A stretch of DNA of 64,000 bases from Rotaria socialis. Lineage: Eukaryota. The notes beneath the pieces are model-generated. The model saw only the letters and a program-made list of their open reading frames with translations. It did no database searches and had not been told where the DNA came from. The DNA lies in NCBI GenBank assembly GCA_905331295.1, contig CAJNYD010000365.1, positions 1 through 64,000 of the forward strand. The letters are read 5' to 3'. Below, piece by piece: positions 12,194 through 26,172 of this stretch. The stretch's first letter is position 1, and each line of letters begins with the position of its first letter. The position numbers and the translations under genes were made by a program.

Positions 12194-14287
12194 AAAAAAT
12201 AGCGATGACGATAAGTCGATCGAAATTCACGATGTCTTCTATAAGAGAAAAATGAAAAAAGATAACGAAAAAAAAGAAAAAAGGAACTAAGTAATATATT
12301 CTTTTTACCTTTACATCGAGGTTTGTATTCATGATGTCATTGACGGATATCTATTTACACGTATATATATATATATCTATCATAAGAATCAAAAAAGAGA
12401 AATCAGTTTGACTGAGATAAAAAAAGAATATAGGCTTGCTAGAATAGTATCTGAAAATGCTTATTAATGTTGTCTCCTTCTTCCTTCTTTTTCTTTTTTC
12501 GTACTTGCTTAGTGTCGCAATTTTTTTTTCTCTTTGTCTAGTTTAGTTTTCAGTGATAGAATGTATGCTTATGAAAGAAAATAAAAGCAAAGAAAGGCCT
12601 AGAATATATGCAGATGTTTAAAACAAAGTCCGTGCATATCTCTTAAGTGTTAAGAGAAGAAGAAGAAAAAAAAAAGAGAGAAAGAAAACATTCGGTTTGA
12701 TGAAAATCGATAGAGCACACTTCCAAAGAAGTGCTGGCGTCGTTATTTCCTTCCTACCTCATACTCAAATATCTGAAAAAGGTTTGGTGGTATATTTTAA
12801 TTAAAACTACTATGACAGATTTCGTGTTTCATTTCTATAAAGTACGAACATTTTTTTCCATCAAAGTGACGAAAATAAATACGCACAACAATCACTATCT
12901 AATAATTCAAAATTTCATCGGAGAACAAACACACACACAGCGCCAGCTCGCTATTATTACGTAGAAAAAAGTAGCATTCTCAACAATGATTAAGTTCTAT
13001 GCATGAATATATATTTTCTATAACAAATCTTGCTGTAATAAATATGTTTATTGTAACCATGTTGTTGTTCTTTGCAGGATCTAATTTCAGTTTAATGAAT
13101 TCCATACGAACAAGAATAGATTATAAACACACATACATATAATCCATTGTGTTTCTGCACTTGCATTTTCTAATAAAAACTCATATGTAACGTCTTATTC
13201 ATCGACTGTCATGAAGCGGCGTTTTTTTTCTCCAGTCATTTTTCTGAAACAATTAGTAATAAGTTAGCATGTTTCGTTCTTTTTTTTACACACACACATA
13301 CGCAAAACAACGACAATTTCTCTCCGTCTTTTTTTCTTATTGCTTCATGCTCTATTATTTCTCTTCCTCATTCTTTTTCTTTCTTCTTCTTTCTCTTAAT
13401 TGCACAACCCTCTCGCCATCCGGGTGACGACAGCAACATGTAATAGAACCTTGAACAGCTCGAGGGTCGCACAACAGCAACCATCCAGGGTTTTATATTG
13501 ACGCTGATGCATACCCAAAAAAAAACACAGAACAGGACAAAGAAAAGAAAACATGTAGTACGCGAACACTGTTATCTTTTCTAGTTGATGGAGCTAATAA
13601 TGCCCGTATATGACAGAAAATATGATATGATACCTGGAAAAGAAGAACCATTTGATTTATTTGACATGCAGAACGAAAAGAAATCAAGGGAAACAAAACT
13701 GCTGTTATAGTACTAGAAAAAAATACTTTCTTGATTTTTTTTTATATTAATTCTATGTCAACAACTTTTTCTGCGTCTATGTTTTATGTTGTTTCCGACA
13801 GGTGACAGTCTTGTGATAAGATGAGCAGGCAGTATCGAGTTTTAAAAAGAAACAAATCATGGCTATTAAAAAGGAAACAACAACTCGTGATAAACTACAA
13901 TAAAAAGAAAACTCACGTCTATTGAAATGAAAATAATATTAATAATAAAGTAGAATATATACAATTCCTTGCAGTGCTAAATTCTAACCACTATTATTTA
14001 TGAGATAAGATCACAGCTGAGCGAGTGAATGAGTAGGAGAGACAGAGAAAGAGAGAGTGATCAAAGAACTAGAGCAAGCTATCAGCGAGTAACCAAAAAA
14101 TATTACAAAAAAGAAGGATTACTTATTTGTTCAAATGAAAACGAATGATTGAATAGAGTACCTCAGATGACGCTACCTCAAAGTCATCGTTTCTTGCTTT
14201 CTTTGTGTTTTTGTCTTAATCCCATTTCGAATAAATTTTGCTATGAGCAACATATTGATTTGTTTCACTGTTGTTTGAATAATAAAT

Positions 14288-15719
14288 ATGAAGGCAACAA
14301 GATCTCCGCCAAAAACAAGCGCGCATCGTGAAGTTTCAAGTGAAAGATCACATAGTTCCTATGATGCTTTACGGTTTTTACGTACTACGAATAAATGGGG
14401 TGAGAAATCCGATTCAATTGCTTGACAAGAAAGAACTATTGTTTTATTTTTATTTTAAAGATAAAGATTTTCTACCACCAATATGTCCATCTCGTTTTTC
14501 AAATCATAATGATTTCGAATCATCTTTACAAGAGTTCTACTATGAAGTTGTTGATATAATGCCTGACTATGTTGATCATGTTCGTAAAGCTTGCCGTGTT
14601 ATATTCGATGATGTAGTACCACGTTTAAGAAAAAATCGTTTTGGTATTGTCCTTAATGATCCAATTTTTTGTGATACTTTTTTTGAAAATTTACAAGTTG
14701 TTCATATTCAACGTATTAATATACTTATACCAATTACAATTCGTCCAGTGGAAAAAGAACGTCTAGAAAAGATTGGATACATTTATTTGAGAATACCCGG
14801 TGCTGTTAATGATGAAGAATTATCACGATATGATCCATGGGGTTTTATGAGATCCCGAAAAGATCGACAGTACTTATCACCAGGTGTACTCGTTCAATTG
14901 GTTCATTCACTTGTTGACGATGCCTTAAGAGAACCATATCCACTACAACATTTCACTCTTGAACCACTTGATCTTGATCATGAGGGGTCCGTAATTCGAA
15001 TTCGTCATGAAGAACTCATGTTTACTATATGTTTATCATTTGGTGTTAAAATTAAAAAAACAGATCCATATTTTATTACGAAACCATTCACTCTCGATGA
15101 TTATTTTCAATCGAAACGAGCATGGCGTGTATCATATATAGAAGCTGAAATGAAATGTTTAAAAGTTCTTCATCGTGCTGATCATTTTCGTCATGCTCAA
15201 GCAATTAAAATATTTCTTGCTTTAGTCAAACTCAATCGAATATTTTCTGTACTGAATGAAGACATTATAAAAGCTCTTATGGTTTATATATGTGACGATG
15301 ATCTTACGAATCGAAATTGGAATCGTCGTCGATGTAATGAAATATTTTGGTCATTATTTGATTTACTTTATGTTTCAATTGATCAGCAAGTTCTTAAACA
15401 TCCATATTTACCTGAAATGAATCTATTAGAAAAAATTGAGCGGCCAAAATTAATACGCTTAAAAAAACATTTAGATTATATTGTTGAACATAAGCATGAA
15501 TTTGAAAGATTTTTTAATCGTCGAGTACTCAGTTGCAAACGAAGACGTAATCAATCAAAGAATTTATTTGCTTTTTTTGGTTCATCAAGAAATGAATTAC
15601 CTAAAGATGACGACGATGATGATGATGATAATAATAATCAAAATAGTGGAACATCAGGTGATCAAGAAAACTATTTGGCTGTTGAAAATATTCAAGCAGT
15701 TAAAAATCAAGATAGTTAA
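14288..15719 (+). CDS. Mab-21/cGAS-like nucleotidyltransferase-fold protein (~456 aa); exons 14288-14399 and 14461-15719
   Basis: Mab-21-family motifs YLSP, WRVSYIEAE, IKALM..CD, W, LKHPYLPEMNLL. A 61-nt GT-AG intron joins the ATG at 14288 in frame. Confidence 0.8.
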
Positions 15720-16957
15720 TGATATTCATAAAAGTGAACAAATAAATTCAATTTTCGAATTGTTTTTCTATTCTATTTTTTTAATAAATGATTTTATACG
15801 TTATAGATAGTTCACTTTTCGAATCAACCAAAACTAAGTATATAAAATTTTATGAAGACAATTTATTAGAAGAAAATCAAACTGATGTATAGAACAAATC
15901 AATAAGTGTCAATGTCATGTTGCATTTGCAATTACATCAGAAACTGATATTTATTTATCGGTTAACTAAAAATCATCTAGCTATGTTAATCCCTTACACA
16001 TTAGACCTTGACAAAGACTATTTAGTATTTTATCTGTAGTGAAATAATCTGAACAGAAAATGGTACGCAGAATATCAAATCAACAGAAGCACTCATAAAT
16101 AATAGCATATGATAATGTCAGATGTTATCGAATAAATGCCTACGCGACACGAATAATAAGGTCATAGTAATAGAGCAATTTTCACAAAAAAAATATAGTA
16201 TATGTATGATCAATAATAATAGTAAGATTATATTGATATGTTAATCGAAGAAAATTATGTCATTTATTTGTTCACTAAATTTTCGCATAACAAATCTAGT
16301 GTAACACATAGAGAATACTTCATTGATACTTTCAAATATCGAATATGAAATTAATCGTTATTCTACAGTATTATATTGATTTATTTCGTAAATCATACTA
16401 TGATCATATTGATTCAATCTAATTTACACTGGACGTTTCACATGAATATTTGTCAAGTACGAGTAAACTTGTACATCAAATATAGATGCGTAGTGTTGTA
16501 ATTTACACCTAGGTTATGTAAATTATCACTGTTGAATATTATCAAAATTTCAAATGAAGAAAAATAAAAAAAACAGTTTTCCATTGAAATCAATTAGTTT
16601 CAATTTTCTAGAATTATTTTTTTTAATGTTTGCCATTATTTTTCTCACATGAATCCAATATTCACATCTATTGTTTGAGAAAAACTAACATATAATACAA
16701 TATACAATTCAAATGCACTTTTAGAGAATAAGATTGTCTAATCCAGTGTCTGATTCATAACAAATTTAAGATAATATTTTATTCTGCATGCAGTATATAC
16801 TTTTTTTTTATTGACGTTGTTTTTTTTTAACGTTATTTGTTTTATAATGGAAGAATAGACAGAAGAAAAGAAAAAAAGGATAAACAAAAGGCAAGAAAAA
16901 AAGTCTGTATAATGTTAGTCATCTGTAGAATTTTTCTGTTTTGTTCAAATATATGCG

Positions 16958-16958
16958 A

Positions 16959-16989
<31 letters not shown>

Positions 16990-17035
16990 ATATATATTTA
17001 TATATAAAATCAGAATAGTGTGTGTGTATATATAG
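16958..17035. repeat. (TC)n/(TA)n/(TG)n microsatellites
   Basis: Visible dinucleotide runs in the 3' region of cdc27. Confidence 0.9.
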
Positions 17036-17371
17036 AATAAAGACCGTAAATCGTACTACATGTTAACAATGAAATAGAAAAAGAAAAGACAGAACAAACA
17101 ATGATAAGTCCAATCGATGATAGATTTTCTTTATAAGCACACTATGTCATAAATAGGGGAAAACGCAAATAAGAATATAAATGAGCACAAACCTGAGCAG
17201 TTTGATTTTGCTGTTTGGCTTTATACACCCAGACACACATACACACACACACGCACACACACAAAGAGAAACTCACTCATTAGTTTTTTTTCTTGGCGCA
17301 TGTACAAAAAACGAGGAAAAATTTGATGTGTTTAAGTACACAAAAAAAAAGATTTTTTTTGAAATTTGTGT

Positions 17372-20300
17372 TTAAAGAATTTCTTCACTTGAATCCATTG
17401 GTTGTATATCTTGCAGCGAACTTTGGGATTGCATTTGACTATTATCATCTTCTGTAACGGACGATGCCATATCTTCCATGCCAAGTAGAAGATCTTCATC
17501 TTTTGAATAAAATTTGTCGGCATTTTCTTTTAATTGGTTATTGGCACCTTTAAATAAAACAAGAAGATAATTCATCCAAATGACAACAACAACAACAAAA
17601 AACAGAATTTTCTATACCTTTTGGATCAAGATCCATACTCCATGACATATACATATATGAATAGTGGAAATTTTTCAAATGTCGATGAACCTTGAATAAT
17701 TCAAATTTGTATCGAATGTTTTTCAATAATAAATTTAGACCTACTTTACTAAGTAAATAGTAGACAAGCGATTCTTTAGGTGCGATTTGCCGTAGTTCTT
17801 CAAGTTCAATCAATGCTTCTTGATATCGTTCAAGATGTAATAAAAGACCAGCTCTATGAAAAATTTAAATGATCATTAGAAGAAAAAATATTTAATCATA
17901 ACTATTTCATTAATTTACTTATGAAATTTGCATAGAGCATTTTTAGAATCAATTCTAAGTGCATCATTAAGTAATGTTAATGCACTTTCAGATCGATTAC
18001 ATTTATGTTGAGCCTAATAAATAGATTAGTTAAAATCAAAATCATAATTAATATTAGTTGTTTTCATACCACTGCTAAATGACAAATAAGATCAGGATTT
18101 GTACGAAATATATTGGTTGCTTTTGTAAAATGAAATTCAGCTGATGGAAACTTTTCTTGCTTTAAATAAACCATAGCTACACCATTCCTACACAAAAGCA
18201 ACATATAGTTGTGGAGAAAAAATAGAAAATAATTTAAATTAATTTACCAAGCTTTATAACTTCGTGGATTTAATTGAATGGCTTTACGAAAGCATGCCAT
18301 GGCACGTTCAAGTTCATCAATAAGTGAATATTCATTTCCCAATAAAGTATATGCATAATCAGATTCCGGCGCCAATTGAATAGCACGTTTAAATGCTTGT
18401 ATTGCTTTATCATATTCATGATTGAGACTAAGACAATTACCTGACGCACACCAACTCTATTAAATAAAATAAAAAACAAGGAAATTATTAGTTTTATCTC
18501 ATTACCTCGATATGAGGAAATTTGATAGTAAAAAGAAGAAAAAGAAAATTATATTTCAAGTAAACAGAGAACAGCTGATTAGATATCTTTCTTCTTTTTT
18601 TTTCAAAATGCTGAAATTCGATCTTGTCTTTGCGATCAAGCGTTGGTTTAAATAAACTATTATCGATTCACTCTGTTTGATTTTCTCTCGATGTTATACG
18701 TGTAAAACAAAAAGAAAAAAAATGGTAACTACTACATCAACATCTACTTCAATTGGAACTGGCTATGATGAAATCTTGTCAACAACATCTACCTTAGAAA
18801 AAATTGATGCTAGCAAATTAAAGAATATTGATAATTCTATGACCAGTTATTTATTAGCTATATTTCCTTTATATACATGTGCTATTTTATTGAATTTTTT
18901 AACAATTTATTCAATTCTAATGGCAAAAGTGTATCGTCAATATTTATCGAATGTACTATTGGCTGTTATTTGTATTGGAGCATTAATTAATTTACATGGT
19001 CAAATATTTTTGATACTTATGCGATGGGCAATTGATTCATCATCGGATCAACTATGTTCAATATCAATTTATCTTCGTGATAACGGTTCTATTCTTATTC
19101 AGACGCATATTTTATTCTTAGTTTTCGAACGTATTCTTGCTAATTTAAAAAAAGATTCAACAAATTTAAATAGACCATTAATTCAAAAAGCTCATCTTTT
19201 TCTTATCGTTGTCTCCTTAGTTAGTATCATACTTTCATTAACTGTTCCAATTTTTACATTAACACATTCTGCTTTTTCACGCGTTAATGGTTTATGTGCT
19301 CCAAAAAATTTAGCATCTTATACAAAATATTTAACTTGGATTTATTACGGTTTTGGTCATCCGTTTGTGTTGTCAGCATGTGGTTTACTTGGTATATTTC
19401 TTTGTCGAAAAACAACAATATCTTATTCAACATTAATTCCAATGAATAAAATTGTATTAATAATTAGTTTATCAAGTTACATTGATCTATTAATACGAAC
19501 ATTATTTGATGATATTGTTGGTGTTAAGAATCAATCAATATCAAACAAAATAGATGAATCATCGAGAAAACTATTTTTCTCCATGAATTTACGTGATTCT
19601 ATATCGATAGTTGATAAGATAATAATTGGACTCGTATTTTTTCTTTTTCGACCTGAAATTCGATTATGGCTTATGGAATCGGTCAAAAAATTTCAATCCA
19701 ACAAAAACGAGATTATGATACCACAAATGTTAGACATACGTAGTGAATTAGATGATAATTATCATGAAACCGATGATGCAAATATTCATTTTCCAGCAGA
19801 TACTTAGGCGAACAGAATAAAACAAAACATAAAATTAAATCATTTCTTTTTTTCTTCTTTCTATCATTCGTTTTTGTTTTCTGACTTTATTTATAGAACT
19901 AAATAAATCATACTTACAGCTGGATGTTTTCGATTTGTTTCAGTTAATTCATGTGCTAATGTTGCTAACGCAATGTCATCTTTTAAATGCCAAAGAACTG
20001 TACTATAGTATTCTAAACCATCAATATGATATGGAAATTTAGTACGTAATTGTCGATAAATAAGAGAAGATTTATGATAATCATGTAAATGATAATAACA
20101 ATTTGCTAAATGTGATAAAACCCATGGTGTATCAAGATGTTTCAACGATATTGTTTCGAATATTTCAATAGCTTGTCGACATTCAAATTGAGATAAATGT
20201 TGAAGACCTTGACCAAGTAATTTAAACACATTGATAATATTTTCAACAATTTCTATAAGATAAATTTAGAAAGAAACAAAAAGAGAATAAATTTCATGAA

Positions 20301-22791
20301 CTAGAAATAAACAAACCAGGTGTACGATGATGATTCGATTGACTTTTTCTTTGTCGATCACGTTTATTGAGTAATTCATTGTCAGCAGCATAAGTTAAAC
20401 TTGTATTACTTGATCGTACTTGTGAGCGTGTTGTCATTTTATTTGGTGATTCTGCTGGTGCTACGGGTGTTGTTATACTCATATCTGCGCATGGTGGACG
20501 TGTTGTGGGCTTACTAAAACGTGTAGTACGTTTAGCTGGTGCGCGAATCGACTTATTTTCCTAGGAGAAAGAAAGTAAAAAAAAAGAAAAATTTCATTTT
20601 AAATTGAAAATTAATTCCAAATACTTTAATGTCATTGGAATTTGGAGTTTGTGTACGACTTCCGACTGTACTACTTGGAGTTCTAGAGGAAAATACTTCG
20701 CTTTGTCGAGAAGAAAAAGACATTATGAGATTTTATTCCTACGCTTTTGATTGAGCAAGGACATTATTCGAGGTAGAAAGAACATGAGATTGACCGATTA
20801 TAGTACGACGAGTTGTCTGACAATAGAGAATAAGATGTTTCGATTTTAATTATATAGTACGAATGGGTTAGAAATGTTTTAGAATTGTTCTCAGCATTTA
20901 GGAAGCAAGAAAAAAAAACATTTTACACTTACTTTTCGTGTACCAATGGTTTTGCGTGAATCACCAAGTGATGTTGATGCAATTTCATGTCGATGTATAA
21001 GTGCTGTTGTTGATGCTGAAGCTGTTGCATCATCAAATCCATATTGTTGTCTTTTAAAATAGACAAAAAAAAAGAATATCTTTCAACAAAAATAACTCTA
21101 CATCAATGGCGGGTCTTACACGTTTCGAGTATTTTGTCTTTTTGGAGCTAATGGTGGATTACGTAATGAAGGAATATAATCAGGTGGTCTTATAGTCGGT
21201 GGAGTATATTTATCATTATCTTGTAGTTGATCGGCAATTAAACCAATTGGTGTTGATGTTATTATACCAGAAACATTATTTGAGCCAACGTTAAGAATAG
21301 AATCAGTTAATTTCATAATAGATGCAGGTGCTTGTACTGAACGTGGTTGTTGTCGTTCTCGGATTGTTTGATTTGCACTTGTATTCATGGACTGAAATAA
21401 AAAGAAATGTTTAAAGAAATTAAAAGTTCTATCTTTTTATTTTTAATCGACGAACAGTATCAATAGCTTGATTTTCACTTTGAATGTCTTTTATTTGTTC
21501 AGTGTAAGGTGTGATACATATCTGTGGTTGACTGGATTCTGAGATTGACCGATTGGCTTTTATAGCAGATGAACAAAATATACTTGTATCAACACGTTCG
21601 CCTATAATCACATAGAATGATATTTAAATAAAAATTATGAAACTAACGAGAAAAAAAACAATAATGACTAGTTTGATGTATTATATATAAGAAGATTTTC
21701 ATAGTCTAATTATTCATGTAAGATAAATGCTCTTCTTTTCGTATGAATTGTTTCAAAACTGAACGCATGACAAAATAATTACTGAGGGTGAAGAATGGGA
21801 AAGTGGTTTTTCTCTCGCTATAGAATGGTTTCTATCCGATTTCATGGTTGTTTTATTTATAATAAGTTTGTAGTCCTTAAAACTGGATATTCGACCTTCA
21901 GTGAAGTTATGAGTCATTCGTTCAGAAGAAAAATAATATATTGGTCATTATAAATATTATTTGATGTCTAAGATTTAGTAATGCAACGAGGTAATCGTTT
22001 TCTTTCTTTGTTGATGTTATACTATTAGAGCGAAATTTTTTTCTCTTAATCTATTAAAATTCAGTAGTTAGTTGCTATCGAATTTGAAAAAATTGAAAAT
22101 CTTAATTTTTGAAATATTTACCAAGACGGCATAGTGCTTCAAAAGAGGACCATAAAAATGGATTATGCTTTAAAGATTTTCGATAGCATTCACTTGCTTT
22201 TTGATGACGATCCGATTTCCTATACAATCATTAAAATTTATGATGATGATGATGATATATTCTTTTATTCAAATATGAACTTACTCGCAAACTTTGGCAA
22301 GTAACTGTAAAGCGAATGCTGCTTGATCGCCATGATCATGAACAAAATCGTCAAGCGCAAGTGTATTTATCGATAAAGACCCACCAACAAGTATTGATTC
22401 AGCTTCATGAAGTCTAACATAAAAACGTTGAAAAATAAATTTTCTTGTTTCTTTCATTTTTCCTTCGTTACTTACTTTTCTGTATCAAAGCAACATTTTG
22501 CTAAAAGAAGTTTTGCAGCAGGTACATGTTCAATAGAAGAATTACGTAATAACCAATAAGATTTATTCACATCTCCACTTAAATAATAGGTACGTGCTAA
22601 TAAATAAGTTGATTCATCATTTTTAACTAGAAAGAAAAAAAGAACATATTTCGAATTTCTCTTCTATGCAACAACTTTTAGTTTTTACCTTCAGCGTAAA
22701 GACGTTCAGCAAGGAAAAGAGCATCAACATAGTCGAAATTATGAATAAATTGGTTAATATAAACCTTAACGGAATCGATTGCGATGGACAT
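17372..22791 (-). CDS. cdc27: Anaphase-promoting complex subunit 3 (Cdc27), multi-exon TPR protein
   Basis: N-terminus YVDALFLAERLYAE; NPFLWSSFEALC; GLEYYSTVLWHL; SWCASGNCLSL..AIQAFKRAIQL..YAYTLLGNEY; PKESLVYYLLSKV; MSWSMDLDPKGANNQLKE. Confidence 0.96.
18722..19807 (+). CDS. Intronless rhodopsin-like 7TM receptor nested antisense in a cdc27 intron
   Basis: Seven hydrophobic segments; TM1 LNFLTIYSI; TM3 Cys (QLCSIS) and FERI (DRY-like); ECL2 Cys (GLCAP); TM7 followed by RPEIR. Confidence 0.85.
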   Translation: MVTTTSTSTSIGTGYDEILSTTSTLEKIDASKLKNIDNSMTSYLLAIFPLYTCAILLNFLTIYSILMAKVYRQYLSNVLLAVICIGALINLHGQIFLILMRWAIDSSSDQLCSISIYLRDNGSILIQTHILFLVFERILANLKKDSTNLNRPLIQKAHLFLIVVSLVSIILSLTVPIFTLTHSAFSRVNGLCAPKNLASYTKYLTWIYYGFGHPFVLSACGLLGIFLCRKTTISYSTLIPMNKIVLIISLSSYIDLLIRTLFDDIVGVKNQSISNKIDESSRKLFFSMNLRDSISIVDKIIIGLVFFLFRPEIRLWLMESVKKFQSNKNEIMIPQMLDIRSELDDNYHETDDANIHFPADT

Positions 22792-23156
22792 TTAATTGTT
22801 CGGAATAGGATGAGAGATGAAAATTAATAAAAAAAAATAAGAACGTCTTGGTTGTCTTGTTACCGAATAATCAAATAGTAATTAACCTAGACATTGATAA
22901 TAAAGAACAAGTTTTTTTTTTCTAAAAATAAATAAAACATTTAAAGCATAATTATTTTATCAATATCACAGCGATAAAACAAACAAGCACAGATAATATA
23001 TGCGCATTGATCACCAATTTTTGAAAATTATCAAAAAAGAGTATTACTCGTTAAAAGATTACATTTGTTTTTGGCTAAACGAAAGCAACAAAAAGATCTG
23101 CCCACATGAAAAAATAAATATTTAAACGATTTCAAAACAGAAAATAAATTATCATT

Positions 23157-26100
23157 TTAATTTGAATCTGAAAATTTTTGAGTTTTGATTAACTGACGAC
23201 GTTTACGTTCATAAGATAAACGATCACAAGCTTGTTGAATATTCATAAATGTCATTCCAGCATTATGTTTTTGTTCGGGATCCTGAACATAATCAATGAA
23301 ACTATGTAGCTAAGTATTTTAAATGAATTTGTACAAGAATAAATTTACTCGATATCTATCTGGATGCCATTGACGGGATAATGTTCGACATTGAGATTCG
23401 ATTTCTTTTTGAGATGCAGTCCTACTGATATTAAGTACCTAGAATATACAATAATTTGTCAACATTTATCTCCCTCATTTTACTGGTTAAAAAGTTGATT
23501 TATCGATCGAGAATCTTATAAGTAACGGCACGGAATGTTCGTCTTACTTTTTAGAACACTTCCTCATACCGCTAACACTATGTTGAATTCATTTCTTTAC
23601 TCACTCTTTTTGCTTATCTCCGTAAAATCTACAAGACTACCGGCTACTCAATTATCAAGAAGATACTTCCTGTTTTATGGAAACATTCATGAATACATGA
23701 AAGCGTATGTTTCTCACATTGAACATTAGAAGTCAAGTATGCAGCAGCAATAGATTGAACACTTTTCTTCTATAACATTGCCATGATCCTTTCAAGGTCT
23801 TTTTTGACATTTTATTCCGGAACAAAGGCTTGAAATCAAAACCAAATGGTATTCTATATGTGCTTTTGTAAAATCATGTGTTTCAAAGATCGACTAATCC
23901 TAGGATAGATTTATTTGCATGTCACTAGATGTTAAGTTTAATTCTGACCAATTGATATTTCAAGATTCTTTTAATTTTAACAAGACCACAATACTAAAGC
24001 GTCTTTACGAAATGCATGTTCAATGGATTTCCACATTTTTAAGTGGAAAAGTTTTTCGAATAAATGTTCGTTTTCGTATTCAGAAAAATGGATTAAAAGA
24101 TAAAGACTTTCATCGAGTAAAAATTGAAATTTCAGATATACAGCTTTTACTGATTCTCCACAACAATCCTTTTGATTATCCTAGTCGACTGAAATAGAGT
24201 TTGTTCTGGAATCATCTGTACGTATTTTCTATAATGCAGATCAATCCTATATTCTATTCTTTCTATTGGAAAATTAGTCCATTTCATTTAAAACTGCTTC
24301 GTGCATTATAGCAATGATACTACCCTGTTTAGAAAAAGAATACAGTTGAAATAGAAAAATTCTCAGTCAAAGATACAATCATAGATATAATTGACCTACA
24401 TTGAATAATTGATTATATTCTAACTTTTAAAGTAACTTCGATAAGAAAAACCTATCATGAAAACATAAATCACCTGTGTTCTAAATGCAAAAATGTCTGT
24501 ATCTAATAACCCTAAAACTCTATGTTCAGTAAACCGTTGAATAGTGTGTCCTAGCTAGAAGATAGCATCGCTCCTTTTTTTTAATCTTACATCAGTTTTT
24601 AGTTAAACTATCGATTAAAGTTTATTCTGTGGAATAGAAGGATACTTAAGAATTGCTTTGAGTATCAATTTACACAATTGTCATTCTGTGTTTATTTTAC
24701 CAACGATGAGAAAAATAAAAATAAAAAAATAATCAATATTTCACTATATTTTGATTTCTATCATGATCATATTTGTCAAAAACAGTTTCTAATTTATTTT
24801 AGATATCTTAATTCTTGAATTCTGAAGATTATTTCAATAGTTCTATCAACAATAATTATAAGTTCTACTGTCTGTAAAATAGTTGATTAAATTCGAACAG
24901 ATTCAATATCAAATAATTCTTAATCGTATTTTTTCCCATGTATTAATGTGACAGTAAAAAAGAAAACGTCATGCATGTTATTTTACCTTAAAAGCTTGTT
25001 TTTCACTTTCCAAGTCAAGCGCTCTCCAAATATATCTCCATGTTTCTTTAAAACCATATTGAAAATAAAATGCCCATAATTGTCTTGCAACCATTACAAG
25101 TCGTTGACGTAGCAGTAAAAATTCGTTCGATTTAAAAAAATCAGCTATAGAATCTTTTATTTTAATACGTCGGCCATTTACATGAACTTCTAAATTTTGA
25201 TAAATCGCCAAATTAAAGATTGTACTAAATGCAATTGCGCCAAGTCCATATATAAGGCAACGCTTAAGAATATGAGATCGTTTCCGTTTTATTTGTTTTG
25301 ATGAATTCAACGATTGATGTGCCATTAGTTTTGATGCAGTTATATTATAAAAATATTCTGAATTCCATTGAACTTTTAATTCAAAAACCAGAGAAGACAG
25401 CAGTGCAGGTAAACTAAAGGATGGAGACGAATAATTGACCCATGCTAAAAAGAGCATACCAAATACGGCACCTAGTAACGGCCAAATAAGTGAACATTGA
25501 CGCGGTCCAAGGGTGCCCACTAGTTGCGTACCTAATAAAAATAAAAATAAAAATGTGATAATTGCTCAGATTGCAATCTCCTAACCAAGGGCAACGGCAA
25601 TAGTCGTACAGCATTGAATAATACTTGATAAGAAATAATTGGCATGCCATGTATCAGGAAAAGCATAATAAGTAATAAAACCATAAAAAATGGCTGTAAG
25701 ATATTGTGCTTAACAAAAGAAAACAATCATAAAATAGTTAGATATATTTTAAAATTTTTATGTATGTCACTATACTCGACTGTAATGAAAAAATGAAAAA
25801 AAAAATATTTTCATGTTTTGCTAGTATCTATTTTAGTTTCTACCATCTTGAAAAATCTATTCATAGTCATTATTTTTCATGGGAGTTATAGTTTTTCTTA
25901 CCACATAATCTTGAAATTTCAAACGCTGGCGTTTTTCTTCGTATCATTTTGAGTCTAAATTCATTGATTACAGACTCATCATTGTTTGCTTCATGCACAT
26001 ATTTTTTAATTAAAAATAAGAATTCATAAACAAAGCCAAAACCAAATCCACCGAATGTTGTAACCCATAATAAAGCATGCTGAGTACGACCCAAATAAAG

Positions 26101-26172
26101 GTGATGTAAACCAAAAAAACCACCCAACAATGAAAATATATATGTTAATAATAAGCTTTTATTCTTAGTCAT
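23157..26172 (-). CDS. DNAJC22: DnaJ subfamily C member 22 (wurst): TM2 domain, TM segments, C-terminal J domain
   Basis: KSLLLTYIFSLLGGFFGLHHLYLGRTQHALLWVTTFGGFG. J domain with HPD motif: SQKEIESQCRTLSRQWHPDRYR..FMNIQQACDRLS. Confidence 0.93.

Noticed and set aside
14328..14460. ORF-track N-terminus MKFQVKDH… of the Mab-21 protein
   Set aside because: It starts at GTG and reads through a GT-AG intron. The ATG at 14288 gives a better spliced model.
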